Shown here: one piece after another, positions 51,623-61,366 of the stretch
Position numbering within the stretch: position 1 is the first letter of the stretch
Layout: each line of letters opens with the position of its first letter
Source: Burkholderiales bacterium
GTDB lineage: Bacteria > Pseudomonadota > Gammaproteobacteria > Burkholderiales > JACQAP01
Direction: 5' to 3'
Assembly: GCA_036274775.1 (NCBI GenBank)
Contig: DASUFB010000033.1
Location: forward strand, 16,426-80,425
DNA length: 64,000 nucleotides
Made by a program: the position numbers and the translations under genes
Notes under the pieces: model-generated
The model's database searches: none
Seen by the model: only the letters and a program-made list of their open reading frames with translations
Told to the model about the DNA's origin: nothing

Positions 51623-53089
51623 TCAGCGCGTGGCAGTGCGCCGGGGGTTGCTGTAGATGACCAGCCGCTGCCCGACGCGCAGGCGGTTCCCCCGCAGGTG
51701 GTTCCACTCCTTCAGTGCCGCGACCGTCACGTGGTGGCGCAACGCGATCAGGTAGAGGCTGTCGCCGCTGCGTACGCGGTAGCTGACGCGGCTGCCGAAG
51801 TAGTCCTCCGGCGCCTGGAATTCCTTGTTCTTCCACGTCTCGTCCAGGTTCGAGGCATTGTCGTCCTCGCTCATCGGTACGAGCAGCGAGCGGCCGGGCC
51901 GCACCGGGATGTGCCGGTTCAGGCCGTTGATCTCGCGCAGGCGCGCCACCGTGAGGCCGAATTTCGCCGCGACGGCGTCCAGCGACTCCTTGTTCTTCAG
52001 CGTGTAGATCTGCCAGGACACCAGCGGCTTGTCGTATTCCTTGAGGTTCGTCGTGAAAACCGCGGCCTTCTCCACGGGCAGCAGCAGCGTGCCGCCGTCG
52101 TCCGACATGATGACGGGGCGCGTGTGGCCGGGATTCAGCGAGCGCAGGTCGTCGACCGACATTTCCGCGAGTCGCGCCGCCACCTCCATGTCGATGTGCG
52201 CCGGCATCGACACCTTGGTGAAGTAGGGCTGGTTCGGAATGTCCTCCAGCGGGAAGCTCAGCAGTTGCGGCTTGGTGATGATGTTGCGGATGGCCTGCAG
52301 CTTAGGCAGGTAGTTGCGCGTCTCGCGCGGCATCTTCAGGTGCATGTAGTCCGTGGGCTTGTGCCTGGCGCGGTTCTTCGCGATCGCGCGGTTCACGCCG
52401 TTTTCGCCCCAGTTGTAGGCCGCCAGCGCGAGCTGCCAGTCGCCGAACTCGTCGTGCAGCTTGGCCAGGTAGTCCAGCGCCGCGTGCGTGGCCGCGAGCA
52501 CGTCGCGACGGCCGTCGTACCACCAGTTCTGCTGCAGGCCGTACTTTTTGCCGGTCGAGGGCATGAACTGCCAGATGCCCACGGCGCGCGCGCGCGAGTA
52601 CGCGGCCGGGTTGTAGGCGCTCTCGATCATGGGCAGCAGGGCAACCTCCATGGGCATGCCGCGCTTGTCGACCTCCTCGACGATGTAATAGAGGTACAGC
52701 CGGCTGCGTTCCAGCATGCGCTGGAAATAATCCGGGTGGTTCAGGAACCAGGCTTCATGGCGCGCCACGAGCTGCGTATCGATCTCGGGCAGCGCGTAGC
52801 CGCTGCGGATGCGCTGCCAGAGGCTGGCGGGCGCCGGCGCGAGCGTCGCGGCGGCAGGCGGCGGTGGCGCTTCCATCGCCGGTGCTTCCGGCGGCACGGG
52901 CAGGGCATCGTCCGATGTTGCCGAGGCGCTGGCCGGCGCGGGCTGGGCCGCGGCCGGCGATGCGGGGGGAGCCAGGAACGGCGACCACGAGATGGCGAGG
53001 GCATTCCCCGTGGCAGCGTCGTCTGCGGTGGACGGAGCGGGGAGCATGCTCCAGAAGCCCAATCCGAGAACCGCAAGTAATTTCTTCAT
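51623..53089 (-). CDS. mltD: membrane-bound lytic murein transglycosylase D (SLT domain + LysM repeats)
   Basis: ALLPMIESAYNPAAYSRARAVGIWQFM catalytic block. Two C-terminal LysM repeats. ATG at 53089 (MKKLLAVLGLG) preferred over the track's TTG at 53101. Confidence 0.88.
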   Translation of the reverse strand: MKKLLAVLGLGFWSMLPAPSTADDAATGNALAISWSPFLAPPASPAAAQPAPASASATSDDALPVPPEAPAMEAPPPPAAATLAPAPASLWQRIRSGYALPEIDTQLVARHEAWFLNHPDYFQRMLERSRLYLYYIVEEVDKRGMPMEVALLPMIESAYNPAAYSRARAVGIWQFMPSTGKKYGLQQNWWYDGRRDVLAATHAALDYLAKLHDEFGDWQLALAAYNWGENGVNRAIAKNRARHKPTDYMHLKMPRETRNYLPKLQAIRNIITKPQLLSFPLEDIPNQPYFTKVSMPAHIDMEVAARLAEMSVDDLRSLNPGHTRPVIMSDDGGTLLLPVEKAAVFTTNLKEYDKPLVSWQIYTLKNKESLDAVAAKFGLTVARLREINGLNRHIPVRPGRSLLVPMSEDDNASNLDETWKNKEFQAPEDYFGSRVSYRVRSGDSLYLIALRHHVTVAALKEWNHLRGNRLRVGQRLVIYSNPRRTATR

Positions 53090-53120
53090 TATATGCTGCA
53101 AGATATTGATATTTGCGACT

Positions 53121-53148
53121 ATCTTAACAGGGAATACGTTTCAGTCAA
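53121..53148 (-). promoter_or_regulatory. candidate sigma70 promoter of mltD
   Basis: Minus-strand TTGACT (53148-53143), 16 nt, TAAGAT (53126-53121), in an AT-rich spacer. Confidence 0.45.
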
Positions 53149-53193
53149 GCCTCGTCGCCGCGGCGCTCGGCCGAGCCGCGCCGGAGGGGCGGA

Positions 53194-53964
53194 TCAAAAG
53201 CCGTCCTTCCACCTGCGCAGCGCGGCGAATACCTCGGCGGACGAAGTCAGCGCCCGGCCGGCGTGGCGGCTCGCCGACGAGACGACCGCAGCGGCATCGG
53301 CGCGCAGGAAGGGATTGGCGGCCAGCTCGGATGCCATCGTGGACGGCAGCGACGGCCTGCCGGCTGCGAGCGCAGCGCGCGCCGCCGCTTCGCGCCGCTC
53401 GACGGCGGGGTTGCCCGGATCGGCGGCGCGCGCGAAGCGCAGGTTGGACAGGGTATATTCGTGCGCGCAATACACCAGCGTGTCCCCGGGAAGCGCGGCG
53501 AGCTTGGCGAGCGAGGCATGCATCTGCGCGGCCGTGCCTTCGAACAGCCTGCCGCACCCGCAGGAAAAAAGCGTGTCGCCGCAGAACAGCACGCCCCCGC
53601 CATGGTAGGCGATGTGCCCGGCGGTATGTCCCGGCACGTCCAGCACCCGCAGGTGCATCGACACACCGGGCACGTCCACGACGTCGCCCTCGGCGAGCCT
53701 GTGCGTGATGCCGGGGATTTCCTCCCGCGCCGGGCCGAAGACCGGTACGCTATACTCCGAAGCCAGGCGCGTGACGCCGCCGACATGGTCGCCGTGGTGA
53801 TGCGTGACGAGGATGGCCGCGAGCCGCAGGCCTTCTCCGGCAAGGTAATTCAGCACCGGGCCGGCATCGCCCGGATCCACCACCGCGGCCGTCGTGCCGC
53901 GGCGCAGGCACCAGATATAGTTGTCCTGGAACGCGCGGATGGGAACGACAGTCGTTACGTCCAT
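53194..53964 (-). CDS. gloB: hydroxyacylglutathione hydrolase (glyoxalase II)
   Basis: 256 aa. AFQDNYIW, THHHGDHVGG metallo-beta-lactamase motif. Confidence 0.93.
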   Translation of the reverse strand: MDVTTVVPIRAFQDNYIWCLRRGTTAAVVDPGDAGPVLNYLAGEGLRLAAILVTHHHGDHVGGVTRLASEYSVPVFGPAREEIPGITHRLAEGDVVDVPGVSMHLRVLDVPGHTAGHIAYHGGGVLFCGDTLFSCGCGRLFEGTAAQMHASLAKLAALPGDTLVYCAHEYTLSNLRFARAADPGNPAVERREAAARAALAAGRPSLPSTMASELAANPFLRADAAAVVSSASRHAGRALTSSAEVFAALRRWKDGF

Positions 53965-53992
53965 GGCGGTATCTTTTAGATTGCCCTATTGA

Positions 53993-54766
53993 ATGTCAAT
54001 CCACGACGGACCTGCCAGCCTGTCCGAATGGTTCAGCACGACGCTGGGCGCGCGGCAGCTCGAGGCCGAGCTCGACTACTTCGACCGCGAGCTCGCGGAC
54101 GTGTTCGGGTTCAACGCCATGCAGATCGGGCTGCCCGAGCACCCCTACCTGCGCAGCAACCGCATCGCGTTCCGCTGCGTGGTCGGGACCGAAGGCGCGG
54201 TGGGCCTGCGGTCCGATGCGTGCGCGCTGCCGCTGCAGGCCGCGTCCATCGACCTCATGGCGCTGCCGCACACGCTGGAGTTCAGCAGCAACCCGCACCA
54301 GGTGTTGCGCGAGGTCTCGCGCGTGCTCGTGCCCGAGGGGCATGTCGTGCTGTCGGGCTTCAATCCCTGGAGCCTGTGGGGCGTGCGGCGCCTGCTGGCG
54401 CGGGAACCGCGCACCTTCCCGTGGTGCGGGCAGTTCATCAGCCTGCCGCGCATCAAGGACTGGATGGCGCTGCTCGGCTTCGAGCTCGCCGGCGGTCGCA
54501 TGGGCAGCTACGCGCCGCCGCTGTCCAGCGAGAAATGGTCGCATCGCTGCCGGTTCATGGAATCCGCGGGCGACCGCTGGTGGCCCTTCGCCGGGGGCGT
54601 CTATTACCTGCACGGCGTCAAGCGCGTGGCCGGCATGCGGCTCATCACGCCGCGCTGGAAGGCCGCCCCGGTCAAGAAGAAGGCGCTCGCGCCGGTGCCG
54701 CACAAAGCCAACGGCCGCGACGACGCCATGGCTGCGAGGACGAGTCATGCCGGGGACGGGCGGTGA
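53993..54766 (+). CDS. class I SAM-dependent methyltransferase (conserved gloB/rnhA neighbour)
   Basis: 257 aa. Conserved position between divergent gloB and rnh[14 protein letters not shown]...[21 protein letters not shown] block. Confidence 0.7.
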   Translation: MSIHDGPASLSEWFSTTLGARQLEAELDYFDRELADVFGFNAMQIGLPEHPYLRSNRIAFRCVVGTEGAVGLRSDACALPLQAASIDLMALPHTLEFSSNPHQVLREVSRVLVPEGHVVLSGFNPWSLWGVRRLLAREPRTFPWCGQFISLPRIKDWMALLGFELAGGRMGSYAPPLSSEKWSHRCRFMESAGDRWWPFAGGVYYLHGVKRVAGMRLITPRWKAAPVKKKALAPVPHKANGRDDAMAARTSHAGDGR

Positions 54767-55206
54767 GCGAGGTCGTCGAGGTGTACACCGACGGGGCCTG
54801 CAAGGGCAACCCGGGGCCCGGGGGATGGGGCGTGTGGATGAAGTGGGGCGGCCACGAGAAGGTGCTCTGCGGCGGCGAGGCGGCGACGACCAACAACCGC
54901 ATGGAGATGACGGCGGTCATCGAGGCCCTGGCTGCGCTGAAGCGCAACTGCCGCGTGCGGCTGCACACGGATTCCAGGTACGTGCATGACGGCATCTCGA
55001 GCTGGATCCATTCCTGGAAGAAGCGCGGCTGGCTCACCGCGGACAGGAAGCCGGTGAAGAACGCCGACCTGTGGCGGCGCCTGGACGAGCTCGTGCAGGC
55101 CCACGACGTCGAATGGGTCTGGGTCAGGGGCCACGCCGGCGATCCCGGCAACGAGAAGGCGGACGAGCTGGCCAATCGCGGCGTTGAGATCGCTCTGGCG
55201 AGATGA
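54763..55206 (+). CDS. rnhA: ribonuclease HI
   Basis: GTG start overlapping the previous stop (GTGA). [25 protein letters not shown]-like [20 protein letters not shown]. Confidence 0.93.
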   Translation: MSEVVEVYTDGACKGNPGPGGWGVWMKWGGHEKVLCGGEAATTNNRMEMTAVIEALAALKRNCRVRLHTDSRYVHDGISSWIHSWKKRGWLTADRKPVKNADLWRRLDELVQAHDVEWVWVRGHAGDPGNEKADELANRGVEIALAR

Positions 55207-55386
55207 ATCCAAAGGTGAAAGGGTGAAAGGGTGAAAGGTGGAAAGGGAAAAGGTGAAAGGTGAAAGGTGGAAAGGGAAAAGGTGAAAGGTGAAAGGTGAA
55301 AGGTGAAAGCAAAGGCAAAGACGGGCTGCGACGGGGGTTTGTTCCCGCGATTTTCTTTTCTTTCGGCTTTGAACTTTCCCCTTTGA
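55207..55386. repeat. tandem-unit hairpin element, copy D (GGTGAAAG units, strongly asymmetric)
   Basis: Left arm 55211-55320 has about 15 units (9x GTGAAAG, 2x GTGGAAAG, 2x GGAAAAG, plus variants), including an exact 29-nt duplication (55231-55259 = 55260-55288). Right arm 55351-55386 is a degenerate complement (ttttcttttctttcggctttgaactttcccctttg). Confidence 0.85.
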
Positions 55387-55399
55387 GCTCGCTTCGCTG

Positions 55400-56107
55400 A
55401 TGCGTCAAATCATTCTGGACACCGAAACCACCGGCCTCGACCCCGCGCTCGGCCACCGCATCATCGAGGTGGCGGCCGTGGAAATCGTCAACCGGCGCTT
55501 CACCGACCGGCATTTCCACCGCTACGTGAATCCGGAGCGCGACATCGACGCCGGGGCTCTGGAAGTGCACGGGCTCACCGTCGAGTTCCTGGCCGACAAG
55601 CCCCGGTTCCGGGACGTGTCGAAGGACCTGCTGGAATTCATCGAGGGCGCGGAGCTCGTCATCCACAACGCGCCGTTCGACGTGGCCTTCCTCGACCACG
55701 AGCTCGCGCTGCTCGGCGTGGAGCCGCTCTCGACCTGGTGCCCGCACGTGACCGACACGCTGAAGATGGCGAAGGGCCTGCACCCCGGCAAGCGCAACTC
55801 GCTGGATGCGCTGTGCGAGCGCTACCAGATCGACAATTCCGCGCGCTCGCTGCACGGCGCCCTGCTGGATGCGCGCCTGCTGGCCGAGGTCTACCTGTCG
55901 ATGACGCGCGGCCAGGACAGCCTGCTCATGGACATCGGCGATGCGCAGGCCGCGGACGCGGACGGGGGGCCGCCGATCGCAGGCGTGGAGCTCGTCGTGC
56001 TGCGGGCTACCGGGGAGGAACTCGCCGCGCACGAGCGCCAGCTCGACGACATCGACAAGGCCGTCAAGGGACAGTCGTTGTGGCGGCGGCTGGAGGCCGC
56101 CGGCTGA
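55400..56107 (+). CDS. dnaQ: DNA polymerase III epsilon subunit (3'-5' exonuclease)
   Basis: MRQIILDTETTGL (Exo I), HNAPFDVAFL (Exo II), HGALLDARLLAEVY (Exo III). Confidence 0.95.
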   Translation: MRQIILDTETTGLDPALGHRIIEVAAVEIVNRRFTDRHFHRYVNPERDIDAGALEVHGLTVEFLADKPRFRDVSKDLLEFIEGAELVIHNAPFDVAFLDHELALLGVEPLSTWCPHVTDTLKMAKGLHPGKRNSLDALCERYQIDNSARSLHGALLDARLLAEVYLSMTRGQDSLLMDIGDAQAADADGGPPIAGVELVVLRATGEELAAHERQLDDIDKAVKGQSLWRRLEAAG

Positions 56108-56129
56108 TCGCGCGCCTGCCGCGGCGTGG

Positions 56130-56795
56130 TTACCTGGACGGCAGCTCGATGGTGACGTTGCAGGACACGCAGACGCGCGGACGCTTGCCCCGGTAGGCGT
56201 GCACGTAGTGGTACAGCCAGCCCGGAAAAACGAACAGCCGGCCGGTGCGCGGCTGGGCCAGGAAGGTCGTGCCGAACAGGTCGAGCCCGGGCATGGGGCG
56301 GCCGCCGTGCCGCGGGTCGATGAGGGCGAGCAGCCCGGAATCGGGGTGCGCGGCCTGGTCGGCATCCCCGGCGTCGGTGTAGTACACCGTCGACCAGTGC
56401 GCATCGGCGTGGTCATGCGGGATCGTGTAGTCGCCGTCGCGCATGACCATGGCCCAGGCCTGCGCGCCCATGCGCAGCCCGGTCATGCTCTGGCCCACCT
56501 CCCGGGCGAGCACCTCGACGGTCTCGCCCACGCGCTGCACGATCTGCTGGACGAGCTTGCGGAAAAGCGGGTCGGGCCGCAGCGCCAGGTTCGAGGGGGA
56601 GTGCCAGCCGCCGGCGTTGCTCTTGGCCTCCGAGGCCACGGTCGCCGATTCCGCGACGAGGCGCTCGGTGACGTGGCGGTTGATCTCGTCCATGCCGGGC
56701 AGGTCGTACATGGACAGCGGCGTGGAGAAGAGAGGCAGGTGCGCCTGCTGCTGGCCGGCCGCGGCTGCCGCAGGAGGGGGGTGCAGTTCGTTCAT
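56130..56795 (-). CDS. putative 2OG-Fe(II) oxygenase family protein (TIGR02466-like)
   Basis: Start MNELH at 56795. IPHDHADAHWSTVYY ... FVFPGWLYHYVHAY fits the HxD...H facial triad pattern. The track ORF has a 62-codon upstream extension. Confidence 0.6.
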   Translation of the reverse strand: MNELHPPPAAAAAGQQQAHLPLFSTPLSMYDLPGMDEINRHVTERLVAESATVASEAKSNAGGWHSPSNLALRPDPLFRKLVQQIVQRVGETVEVLAREVGQSMTGLRMGAQAWAMVMRDGDYTIPHDHADAHWSTVYYTDAGDADQAAHPDSGLLALIDPRHGGRPMPGLDLFGTTFLAQPRTGRLFVFPGWLYHYVHAYRGKRPRVCVSCNVTIELPSR

Positions 56796-57032
56796 CGTCG
56801 TTGCGTCGCCAGTCGCCTTGTCGCCATGAGACAGCGCCGGATTTGCCGGCCGCGCTCGCGTCCGTTTTTCTTGCCCAACCCTAAGGGCGGACGGCGGAAA
56901 AGGCTTGAACGAAATTGCGCGCTTCGGGATGACAGCGGCGCTTTCGCATCGTGCAATGCGTGCGCCGCATGCCGGCAGCAAAACTCGGATTGCTTGCGGA
57001 TTCGTAAGGAAAACGCCGCTGCGGGCGCCGGA

Positions 57033-57107
57033 TGGTGGGTGGTACAGGGATCGAACCTGTGGCCCCTGCCGTGTGAAGGCAGTGCTCTACCGCTGAGCTA
57101 ACCACCC
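57033..57107 (-). tRNA. tRNA-Val (anticodon CAC)
   Basis: Minus-strand GGGTGGTTAGCTCAGCGGTAGAGCACTGCCTTCACACGGCAGGGGCCACAGGTTCGATCCCTGTACCACCCACCA. 75 nt cloverleaf. Confidence 0.9.
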
Positions 57108-57123
57108 CCGCGAAAGAGGCGGC

Positions 57124-57153
57124 ATTTAACCATGGCAGCCGGTCCAGGGTCAA
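57124..57153 (-). promoter_or_regulatory. candidate promoter of tRNA-Val(CAC)
   Basis: Minus-strand TTGACC (57153-57148), 18 nt, TTAAAT (57129-57124), then a GC-rich discriminator before the tRNA 5' end. Confidence 0.45.
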
Positions 57154-57252
57154 TTTACCCGAACCGGAAGTCCTTGATTCCAGGGCCGGCGGACGCCGGA
57201 GGCCATCGCGTACAATGGCGCCCTTCGCGCTTTTTCCACTACCGGTTTCCAG

Positions 57253-58653
57253 ATGGTCCGCACCCGTTTCGCTCCCAGCCCGACCGGCTACCTGCACATC
57301 GGCGGCGCCCGCACGGCGCTGTTTTCCTGGGCGTACGCCCGCAAGACCGGCGGCAAGTTCATCCTGCGCATCGAGGACACCGACGTCGAGCGCTCGACCG
57401 AGGCCTCCACGCGCGCCATCCTCGAGGCGATGGACTGGCTGGGCCTGGACTACGACGAAGGCCCGTTCTTCCAGATGAAGCGGCTCGCACGCTACCGCGA
57501 GGTCGCGAAGCGGCTGCTCGACGCGGGTCGTGCCTACTACTGCTACGCGGGCAAGGAAGAGCTCGACGCCATGCGCGAGGAGCAGCGCGCCAGGGGGCTC
57601 AAGCCGCGCTACGACGGCCGCTGGCGCCCGGAAAACGCCAAAGGCAGGACGCCGCCGGCGGGCGTGACGCCGGTGTTGCGCTTCCGCAATCCCGATGACG
57701 GCGACGTTACCTGGGACGACCTGGTCAAGGGGCCGATCAGCATTTCCAACCGCGAGCTCGACGACCTCGTGATTATGCGCGGCGACGACGTGCCGACCTA
57801 CAACTTCGGCGTCGTGGTGGACGACTGGGACATGGGCATGACCCACGTCATCCGCGGCGACGACCACGTCAACAACACGCCGCGGCAGATCAACATCTTC
57901 AACGCGCTCGGCGCGCCGCTGCCGCGCTTCGGCCACATCCCGATGATCCTCGGTGCCGACGGCGAGCGCCTGTCGAAGCGCCACGGCGCCGTCAGTGTCA
58001 TGCAGTACCCGGAGGAGGGCTACTTGCCGGAGGCGCTGCTCAACTACCTCGCGCGCCTGGGCTGGGGTCACGGCGACGCCGAGATGTTCTCCCGGGAGCA
58101 GTTCGTCGAGTGGTTCTCGCTGGAGGCGGTCAGCCGCTCGCCGGCGAAATTCGACCCGGAGAAGCTGAAGTGGCTCAACGCCCAGTACATCAAGCAGGCC
58201 GGCGACGCGCGGCTCGCCGCGCTCGTCACGCCCTTCCTGAAGGCGGACGGCTGCGATCCCGTGAACGGTCCCGACCTCGCTGCGGTGTGCGCGCTGCTCA
58301 AGGACAGGGTCAGCACCATCGAGGAGCTGGCCGATGCGGCGGTGTATTTCTACCGTCCACTGCATCCATCGGACGAACTGCGCGCGCAGCACTACACGGC
58401 CGAGGTGCTGCCCGCGGTGAACGCGCTGCGGGAAAGGCTCGCGGGCATCGAATGGAATCGCGCGGCGCTCGCGGCCGCGATCAAGGACGTCATCACGGCG
58501 CACAAGCTCAAGATGCCGAAGCTGGCGATGCCGCTGCGCGTCATGCTGACCGGCACGCCGCAGACCCCGTCGATCGATGCCGTGCTGGAGCTGATCGGGC
58601 GCGATGAGGTGCTGCGGCGCATGGACGCCGAGCTCCCGAGGTATCCGGGCTAG
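57253..58653 (+). CDS. gltX: glutamate--tRNA ligase
   Basis: [19 protein letters not shown] (HIGH) and LSKRHG (KMSKS-like). Confidence 0.96.
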   Translation: MVRTRFAPSPTGYLHIGGARTALFSWAYARKTGGKFILRIEDTDVERSTEASTRAILEAMDWLGLDYDEGPFFQMKRLARYREVAKRLLDAGRAYYCYAGKEELDAMREEQRARGLKPRYDGRWRPENAKGRTPPAGVTPVLRFRNPDDGDVTWDDLVKGPISISNRELDDLVIMRGDDVPTYNFGVVVDDWDMGMTHVIRGDDHVNNTPRQINIFNALGAPLPRFGHIPMILGADGERLSKRHGAVSVMQYPEEGYLPEALLNYLARLGWGHGDAEMFSREQFVEWFSLEAVSRSPAKFDPEKLKWLNAQYIKQAGDARLAALVTPFLKADGCDPVNGPDLAAVCALLKDRVSTIEELADAAVYFYRPLHPSDELRAQHYTAEVLPAVNALRERLAGIEWNRAALAAAIKDVITAHKLKMPKLAMPLRVMLTGTPQTPSIDAVLELIGRDEVLRRMDAELPRYPG

Positions 58654-58755
58654 CGCCGGAACCTTCCTTCCCCACACGGGCGGCAGCGGGCGCGGTATGC
58701 TGCACGCGAGCCGCGCGAAAGCCGCGGCCCGAAAACTTCAGCCGGGAGGACGCCC

Positions 58756-59883
58756 ATGCTGCTCCGGATGGCCTTGTGGTTTTGCGCATCGCTCGCCTGC
58801 GTGACGGGCGCCCTCGCCGCGGAGCCGATCCGCATCGGCGTGGTCAGCACGCTGACGGGGCCCTATGCCGAGTGGGGCACTTTCGAGGTCAACGGCCTGA
58901 ATCTCGCGCTCGAGGATATCCGCAAGGCCGGCGGCATCCTCGGTCATCCGGTCGAGCTGCAGATCGAGGACAACGCCAGCACGAATCCCGGCACGGTGCT
59001 GTCGTTCACCAAGCTGTTCGCAGACCCCTCGATCAAGGGCATCATCGGGCCGATCGCGAGCACACAGGTGCAGGCGGCCTCGCCTGCGATCGCGCGCGCC
59101 GGCGTGCCGACGATGATAGGCGGCACGGATCCGAGCCTCACGCACATCGACAACAAGTGGGTGTTCCGCGCGCGGCCCAACGACCTGTATTCCTCCAGGG
59201 TCATCGCCGATTTCGGCGTGAACACGCTGAAGCTGAAGAAATGGGCCATCGTGCACGCCACGGATGCCTTCGGCAACGGCGGCGCCAAGGCGCTCACCGA
59301 GGAGCTGCGCAGGCTCGGCGTCACGCCGCTGCTCGACCAGGGTTACACCAGCAACTCGCAGGACTTCGCGCCGGTCGTGCTCGCCGTCAAGAAATCCGGC
59401 GCGGAAGTGCTCGGCACCTACATGACGGTGCCGGCCGACCAGGGTATCTTCGCCAAGCAGCTGCGCCAGCTCGGCGTGAACATCCAGTGGATAGGCTCGC
59501 CCACCACGGCCACCGTCACCACGCGCCAGCTCGCCGGCGAGGCGCTGTACGGCAGCTACGCGGTGGCCGACTTCAACGCCGAGGCCAACGACGCCGCGCG
59601 CACCTACACGAAGCGCTATTTCGAGCGCTACGGCATCTACCCGGACAACTTCTCGACCTGGGCCTACGACGCGCTGCACATCCTCGCGGCCGCCATGAAC
59701 AACGCGAAGAGCACCGAGCCCGAGGCCGTGCGCCAGGCCATCCTCGCGATCAAGGGCTACAAGGGCCTGGAAGGCACCTACGATTTCGACGCCAGGGGCG
59801 ACGGCCTGCACGGCTACAACGTGGTCAAGAACGAAGGCGGCAAGGTGGTGTTCGTGAAGCGGGTGGATTTCCCCCCGGACTGA
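58756..59883 (+). CDS. ABC transporter substrate-binding protein (LivK/branched-chain amino acid type)
   Basis: Signal peptide. IRIGVVSTLTGPYAEWG and periplasmic-binding-protein type I pattern. No cognate permease genes adjacent. Confidence 0.8.
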   Translation: MLLRMALWFCASLACVTGALAAEPIRIGVVSTLTGPYAEWGTFEVNGLNLALEDIRKAGGILGHPVELQIEDNASTNPGTVLSFTKLFADPSIKGIIGPIASTQVQAASPAIARAGVPTMIGGTDPSLTHIDNKWVFRARPNDLYSSRVIADFGVNTLKLKKWAIVHATDAFGNGGAKALTEELRRLGVTPLLDQGYTSNSQDFAPVVLAVKKSGAEVLGTYMTVPADQGIFAKQLRQLGVNIQWIGSPTTATVTTRQLAGEALYGSYAVADFNAEANDAARTYTKRYFERYGIYPDNFSTWAYDALHILAAAMNNAKSTEPEAVRQAILAIKGYKGLEGTYDFDARGDGLHGYNVVKNEGGKVVFVKRVDFPPD

Positions 59884-59981
59884 GTTGCCCGGGCACTTGC
59901 CCGTCCGGCCGAAACCCCGTAATCTGCGCCGGCGTCGTCAAGAGCGCCGGACCAGGACCAACCAAGAAAAACAAGCGCGTC

Positions 59982-60010
59982 AAGCCCGCATCCGCGGGCT
60001 TTTTCTTTTC
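59982..60010 (+). terminator. Rho-independent terminator
   Basis: aagcccgc-atcc-gcgggctt followed by tttcttttc. Confidence 0.75.
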
Positions 60011-60083
60011 CGGGGCAGGTATCGCGCGCACGGATTGCGATGGCGAATCCTCCCGCGGGATCACGCGCGGCTCGGCCCGTCCC

Positions 60084-61082
60084 TCAGAAGCTCACCGCCA
60101 GCCCGACAGACCAGCCTTCCACGTTGTCCCCGAACTTGTACCGCACGAGCAGCCGGGTGCGCGTGACGATCATGTCGTACTTGCCGGAATCCAGCTCGAG
60201 GCCGGCGCCGACCGAGGTCAGCCAGTCGAAGCCCAGGGCGCCGCGCAGGTCTCCGAAAAACTGCGTGTGCGCGAATTCCAGGACGTAGCGCAGCGGCCGC
60301 TCCAGCAGGTCGATCCCGGTCGGCGCGCGCCAGCGCGCCCATGCCGCGGCGCTGCGGGCGTCGGCCTGGCCGCTGACGGCATCCGAGGTGTCGCCGAAGC
60401 TGTGCAGGGAGATGTCGGTATAGCGCAGCTCCAGGTCGATCTCGCCCTCGGGCCGGTAATGCTCGTAGTCGAGCATGAGCGAGCCGCCCACGCCGACGGC
60501 GTCGAGCTGGCCGTTGTCCAGGAAGTCGATGTCCCGGTTCGTCCGCCTCTCCACGACGTCCGTGGCGATCGACAGGTCGCTTTCCACGTGCCCCAGCGAG
60601 AAGTTGAACATGGGGCGCAGCACCCATTCCCCGGCGATGCGGAAATCCCAGCCGATACCCGCCGTGCCCGACACGCTGTTCCATTTGGCGGGGAAGGCCC
60701 GCTCGTCGGCGCCGTTGGACGCGACGAAGGTCGGATCGTAGCGGGCGTACGCCGCGGTCCCCTCGAGATAGAGCGGGAGGTCGCGGCTGATCGTGAACCC
60801 GCCGCCGAGGGAGGTCATGCTCAGCCCCGGGTTGTCCGTCGTTCCGTCCGTGATGGCGAGCGAGCCGGTGGTGACGTCCGGCGTGAGCATGTATCCCATC
60901 AGCGCCAGCACGCCGTTGGCACGCTTCTGCAGGTTGCCGCCTTCGATGACGGTGGTCTGCGCAAAGGCCGCCGGGACGCAGAAGAGCAGGGCGAGCAGCA
61001 GGGTGCGGGCGCGGCCCGATCCGGAGGCACGGCTTGCCTGGCCCGCATCTATGCGATCGGAATGTGGTAAGCGCGATTTCAT
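60084..61082 (-). CDS. outer-membrane beta-barrel protein (autotransporter-type barrel, no passenger)
   Basis: Start MKSRLPH at 61082. Signal peptide ...CVPAAFA|QT. Alternating beta-strand pattern. Terminal ...WSVGLAVSF aromatic residue. Confidence 0.65.
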   Translation of the reverse strand: MKSRLPHSDRIDAGQASRASGSGRARTLLLALLFCVPAAFAQTTVIEGGNLQKRANGVLALMGYMLTPDVTTGSLAITDGTTDNPGLSMTSLGGGFTISRDLPLYLEGTAAYARYDPTFVASNGADERAFPAKWNSVSGTAGIGWDFRIAGEWVLRPMFNFSLGHVESDLSIATDVVERRTNRDIDFLDNGQLDAVGVGGSLMLDYEHYRPEGEIDLELRYTDISLHSFGDTSDAVSGQADARSAAAWARWRAPTGIDLLERPLRYVLEFAHTQFFGDLRGALGFDWLTSVGAGLELDSGKYDMIVTRTRLLVRYKFGDNVEGWSVGLAVSF

Positions 61083-61195
61083 GAGAAGGACAATGATCGC
61101 ACCAAATGGCGGGGCGACATCTTGAAACGCAATTGATCCAGTCAAACCGAGTGCGACTGTGATGGGGAGAGAAGACGCCTGAAGGCGGCGCTGTT

Positions 61196-61366
61196 TGTCC
61201 CACGGGGATTGTTCGCGGCTCGCGTTGCATCCGCGACCCGCGAATCCCTCGCAAGCGGCAAGCCGCGCGAGGGACCGCCGTCCTGTGAAGAGGACGGCGT
61301 CCAACCGGACATTCACTGGATGTCCGGTTGTCGAACCCTTCGGGTTCGTCCCCCGTGGGAAAGCCA
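61196..61366. other. densely structured intergenic segment (candidate ncRNA or tRNA-Glu-derived element)
   Basis: Closing helix cccacgggga (61199-61208) / tcccccgtggg (61349-61359) encloses five consecutive hairpins. They are 61212-61244, 61246-61273, 61276-61299 (9 bp), 61302-61330 (11 bp perfect) and 61332-61348 (7 bp). Confidence 0.45.

Noticed and set aside
55211-55320. Possible CRISPR array or integron attC sites, suggested by the short repeats at gene ends.
   Set aside because: The units are 7-9 nt and directly abutting, with no spacers, and no cas or intI genes are nearby. attC sites follow cassette ORFs in integron arrays, whereas these follow core genes scattered over 50 kb and have tandem-unit arms.
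61196-61366. tmRNA, SRP RNA, 6S RNA or a pseudo-tRNA, as explanations for the structured segment. The closing stem is acceptor-like and is followed by GCCA.
   Set aside because: It is too short for tmRNA and has no tag reading frame or G3:U70. There is no SRP domain-IV motif (GGAA...AGCA). There is no 6S-like central bubble. The candidate T-loop TTCGTCC with a 4-bp stem and a mismatched acceptor does not make a credible cloverleaf.
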